A stretch of DNA of 64,000 nt from an uncultured Victivallales bacterium. Its GTDB lineage: Bacteria > Verrucomicrobiota > Kiritimatiellia > UBA8416. Each line of letters begins with the position of its first letter. Position 1 is the first letter of the stretch. The position numbers and the translations under genes were made by a program. The DNA is taken from positions 17,696-81,695 of the forward strand of contig CAZNWT010000005.1 in assembly GCA_964576795.1 (NCBI GenBank), given 5' to 3'. The notes beneath the pieces were generated by a model. The model was given only the letters and a program-made list of their open reading frames with translations, was not told where the DNA came from and ran no database searches. Below are positions 60,731 to 64,000 of this stretch, piece after piece.

Positions 60731-61221
60731 GTTTTAGAGACCAGAATTCGGGACCTAAGTCCGATATTGAAGAGCGGGTTGTCTTTGTAAATCGCTGCTC
60801 AAAGGTGGTTAAGGGTGGACGTCGATTCAGCTTTAGCGCCATTGTGGTAGTTGGCAATCACGAAGGCCTCATGGGCTATGGCTTTGGTAAAGCAAACGAA
60901 GTTGCAGATGCCATCAAAAAGGGCGGAGAGATTGCTCGTAAGAGTATGTTTCCTGTGACGATGCGCGAACGTACAATCCCGCACGAAGCGATGGGCGAAT
61001 TTAGTGGCGGGAAAGTCCTGCTTCGGCCAGCGGCACCCGGTACTGGCGTTATTGCTGGCGGTGGTGTGCGTGCTGTGCTTGAGGTCGCGGGATATCGTGA
61101 CGTCTTGGCGAAGTCGCTGGGAAGCAACAATAAGGTGAACGTGGTTAAGGCTACCATTGATGCGCTGAACCAACTGCGTTCCAAAGAAGAAATTGCAAAA
61201 GTGCGCCATACGGCGCTTTAG
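60727..61221 (+). CDS. rpsE: 30S ribosomal protein S5
   Basis: S5 family. rplO follows directly with no L30 gene between them. Confidence 0.95.
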   Translation: MSFRDQNSGPKSDIEERVVFVNRCSKVVKGGRRFSFSAIVVVGNHEGLMGYGFGKANEVADAIKKGGEIARKSMFPVTMRERTIPHEAMGEFSGGKVLLRPAAPGTGVIAGGGVRAVLEVAGYRDVLAKSLGSNNKVNVVKATIDALNQLRSKEEIAKVRHTAL

Positions 61222-61254
61222 AAAACGCAAAAATTGCGATAGAAGGTCTGGATT

Positions 61255-61695
61255 ATGAACCTGCACTCGTTGACGAATACAGAGGGAGCCCGCCACCGCC
61301 GCAAGCGTGTTGGACGTGGCATGGCATCGGGCCTGGGCAAGACCAGTGGCAAGGGCCACAAGGGGCAGATGGCACGTAAGGGAAACAAGCACAAACTTGC
61401 CTTTGAGGGTGGTCAAATGCCCTTGATCCGCCGGATTCCGAAGCGTGGCTTCAAAAATCCTTGTCGGACGGAGTATGTCGGCGTCAATTTGTGCAATCTC
61501 GATTGTTTCGAGGATGGTGCCGAGGTGACGATTGAGATGCTGAAGCGTGCGGGTTTGGCGAATGGACAGTATGACGGCGTGAAGGTCCTTGGCCGCGGTG
61601 AAATTAGCAAGAAACTCACGGTGAAAGTTAACGCTTTCAGTGCCAGCGCTCGTGAAAAGATCGAAGCGGTCGGCGGCGTTTGTGAGGTGGTTTAA
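61255..61695 (+). CDS. rplO: 50S ribosomal protein L15
   Basis: L15 family. Confidence 0.95.
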   Translation: MNLHSLTNTEGARHRRKRVGRGMASGLGKTSGKGHKGQMARKGNKHKLAFEGGQMPLIRRIPKRGFKNPCRTEYVGVNLCNLDCFEDGAEVTIEMLKRAGLANGQYDGVKVLGRGEISKKLTVKVNAFSASAREKIEAVGGVCEVV

Positions 61696-61700
61696 GCACG

Positions 61701-63056
61701 ATGTTTTCAGCCTTTGCAAATGCCTTTAAGATTCCCGAGCTGCGGCAGCGTATTCTGTTCACGCTTGGGCTAATCTTTATATGCCGACTTATCTCTAAAG
61801 TGCCATCACCGGGCGTCGATGCGCATGCGCTTCAGATGGTTATGGACAGCATTGCGAAGAATGCTGGTGGCGGTGTGATGGGATTTCTGGATATGTTCAG
61901 CGGTGGCGCTCTTGGGCGCTGTGCCGTGGGTGCGCTGGGTATCATGCCCTATATTAGTGCTTCTATCATTATCCAGCTGATGACGGCGGTGATTCCCCAG
62001 CTCGAGCGTTTGGCTCGTGAAGGTGACACGGGGCGTGTAACAATCACCCAATATACACGTTATTTGACGCTGGTGATTTGCGTGGTGCAAGGATTGGTCT
62101 TGGCGCTTACCCTAGAACGTGGCTTCGGAGGAATGCCGGGAGGAGACCAGATTGTTCCACCAGAGTTCCGGGGGTGGGGATTCCGAATACTGATTATGCT
62201 TACGACGACCACAGGCACAATGTTGTTGATGTGGCTTGGTGAGCAGATTACTGAACGTGGCATCGGCAATGGCATCTCAGTCATTATCACGATTAACATT
62301 GTGAGTCGGTTGCCCGCAGCGATCCAGCAGGGCGTAGGTCTTTTCGTGAGCACTGGAGATGTTCCTGCCCAATTTGGCATCTTCGAGTTGGTAGGTCTTG
62401 TTTCCATGGTCTTCCTGGTGACGGCGGGGACGGTCGCGCTCACGCAGGCACAACGTAAGATCCCGATTCACACGACAAAGCGTGTTGTGGGGCAGAAGGT
62501 CTATGGTGGACAGAATACATTTATGCCGCTTCGTATTAACTATTCTGGGGTGATGCCGATTATTTTTGCTTCCGCGATGTTGATGTTTCCAGCCGCTATT
62601 TTACTCAAGATTCCGGCAACCCGAACCCTTGGGACGATGTTGCAAATGGGGCAACCGCTTTATTTGCTTCTGTATGGACTTACAATCTTGTTCTTTTCCT
62701 ACTTCTGGGTTGCCACACAGTTTAACCCGTTACAGATTGCGGATGATCTAAAGCGCAATGGGGGTTATGTTCCTGGGATTCGACCAGGGCGTCCAACGGC
62801 TGATTTTCTTGACAACACCATGACGCGTCTTACGCTGGTGGGAGCCCTATTTCTGACGGCCATTGCTGTGCTTCCCAGTTTACTTTCTCGCTATTTTGAT
62901 GTTCCTAACCTAGTTGCTGGGTTTATGGGAGGGACGAGTCTTTTGATTATTGTTGGGGTAACGCTGGATACCATGCGCCAGATTGAGTCGCACCTTGTGA
63001 TGCGTCATTATGACGGTTTTTTGAAGAAGGGAAGAATTCGTGGCAGTCGAGCTTAG
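61701..63056 (+). CDS. secY: Preprotein translocase SecY
   Basis: 451 aa and 10 TMs with SecY signature segments. Confidence 0.95.
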   Translation: MFSAFANAFKIPELRQRILFTLGLIFICRLISKVPSPGVDAHALQMVMDSIAKNAGGGVMGFLDMFSGGALGRCAVGALGIMPYISASIIIQLMTAVIPQLERLAREGDTGRVTITQYTRYLTLVICVVQGLVLALTLERGFGGMPGGDQIVPPEFRGWGFRILIMLTTTTGTMLLMWLGEQITERGIGNGISVIITINIVSRLPAAIQQGVGLFVSTGDVPAQFGIFELVGLVSMVFLVTAGTVALTQAQRKIPIHTTKRVVGQKVYGGQNTFMPLRINYSGVMPIIFASAMLMFPAAILLKIPATRTLGTMLQMGQPLYLLLYGLTILFFSYFWVATQFNPLQIADDLKRNGGYVPGIRPGRPTADFLDNTMTRLTLVGALFLTAIAVLPSLLSRYFDVPNLVAGFMGGTSLLIIVGVTLDTMRQIESHLVMRHYDGFLKKGRIRGSRA

Positions 63057-63103
63057 GATTCAACAGCTTCTTTTGTTGCTTAACGTGTTACAAGTGGACG
63101 GAT

Positions 63104-63847
63104 ATGATCGTCATTAAGTCAAAGCAGGATCTTGAGCGCATGCGGGTCAGCAATGGAATTGCTGCTCGGGTTCGAGATGAGGTGGCATCACGGGTAAGCC
63201 CGGGGGTGACAACGTCTGAGCTTGGCGATTATGCGGATGAACTTATCCGGAAGGCGGGCGGAAAAAGCGCGTTTTTGGGGTATAAAGGGTTTCCTGGACA
63301 AATTTGTGTTTCTGTTAATGATGTGGTTGTACATGGCATCCCAGGGAATCGTCGGATTGAGATTGGCGACATCGTGAGTCTTGATGTTGGTGTCTTAATT
63401 GATGGTTTTTTTGGGGATACTGCAAAAACGGTAATGGTTGGAGTAACAGACCCATCGCTTATAAAGTTGGTCCGGACTACTGAAAGGGCACTTGAGGTTG
63501 GGTTGGCTGAAGCCCGTGTGGGACGCCGGTTGTCGGATGTTTCACATGCGATTCAGAGAGTGGCAGAAGGTGCTGGTTTTACGATAGTCCGGGACTTTGT
63601 TGGGCATGGTATAGGACGGGATTTGCATGAAGATCCGCAGATTCCAAACTTTGGAAAGCCAGGTCGTGGTCCCCTTTTGCGGGACGGTATGACGCTATCA
63701 ATTGAGCCGATGGTGAATATGGGTTGCGCGGATGTTCAGGTGCAGACGGATGGATGGACGGTGTTGACGAAGGATCGCCGCCCGTCGGCGCATTTTGAGC
63801 ACACGGTGGCCATTCGAGATGGTGAGGTTGAGATTCTTACGAAGTAG
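63104..63847 (+). CDS. map: Methionine aminopeptidase type I
   Basis: Metal ligands D, D, H, E and E sit in the conserved pita-bread fold positions. Confidence 0.9.
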   Translation: MIVIKSKQDLERMRVSNGIAARVRDEVASRVSPGVTTSELGDYADELIRKAGGKSAFLGYKGFPGQICVSVNDVVVHGIPGNRRIEIGDIVSLDVGVLIDGFFGDTAKTVMVGVTDPSLIKLVRTTERALEVGLAEARVGRRLSDVSHAIQRVAEGAGFTIVRDFVGHGIGRDLHEDPQIPNFGKPGRGPLLRDGMTLSIEPMVNMGCADVQVQTDGWTVLTKDRRPSAHFEHTVAIRDGEVEILTK

Positions 63848-63920
63848 CGGATTTTGTTGTGGACTTGTGGTTCTCAGGTGGCTACTCTAAGCAGCTTTTT
63901 GTGATGTTTAAGGTGAAGAT

Positions 63921-64000
63921 ATGAAAGTACGAAGTTCTGTTAGAAGAATGTGTGAGCATTGCCGGGTGATTCGGCGCAAGGGTGTAGTACGCATCATTTG
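63921..64000 (+). CDS. rpmJ: 50S ribosomal protein L36, 3'-truncated by the window edge
   Basis: MKVRSSVRRMCEHCRVIRRKGVVRII…. Confidence 0.8.
   Translation, partial: MKVRSSVRRMCEHCRVIRRKGVVRII

Noticed and set aside
60799-61719. 306-aa ORF on the minus strand
   Set aside because: It is antisense to rpsE/rplO and has no recognisable domains. GC-rich ribosomal genes commonly give long antisense ORFs.

Overview
This window is a bacterial chromosomal segment of about 53% GC that is almost entirely coding on the + strand. PEP-CTERM proteins, abundant pseudopilins, σ54 regulation and MORN/PEGA/FHA proteins suggest a PVC-superphylum-like organism, but phylum cannot be assigned from sequence alone.

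Gene content, 5' to 3':
- A partial F1 ATP synthase beta gene at the 5' edge that is not followed by atpC.
- A T2SS/T4P-like cluster of gspE, gspF, an HExxH gluzincin-like protein, gspG, three minor pseudopilins including gspK, a gspL-like PilM/N-type protein and a gspM/PilO-like protein. It ends with an unusual membrane protein carrying eight MORN repeats, and no secretin or prepilin peptidase lies in the window.
- A three-gene cassette of signal-peptide proteins, the last with a PEP-CTERM anchor, flanked by direct copies of a ~77-bp repeat.
- On the minus strand, a SurA-N-like lipoprotein, recO carrying an in-frame palindromic-element insertion, and mgtE.
- ispD, a metallophosphoesterase, a small 2x[4Fe-4S] ferredoxin that the ORF track omits, and a radical SAM gene.
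- secA, lnt, and prfB with its classic +1 programmed frameshift.
- A translationally coupled yicC-gmk-coaC-small membrane protein-DUF192 operon.
- A minus-strand σ54-activator / FHA / PEGA module.
- A decayed amt–glnK (ammonium transporter / P-II) pseudogene remnant.
- One uninterrupted translation/transcription mega-cluster: tRNA-Thr, tuf, rpmG, tRNA-Trp, secE, nusG, rplKAJL, rpoBC, rpsLG, fusA, the S10 and spc operons, secY, map and partial rpmJ. It has no rpmD, adk or infA and no second tuf.

Several families of dispersed palindromic or tandem repeats are present. Two of them sit inside or overlap coding frames.
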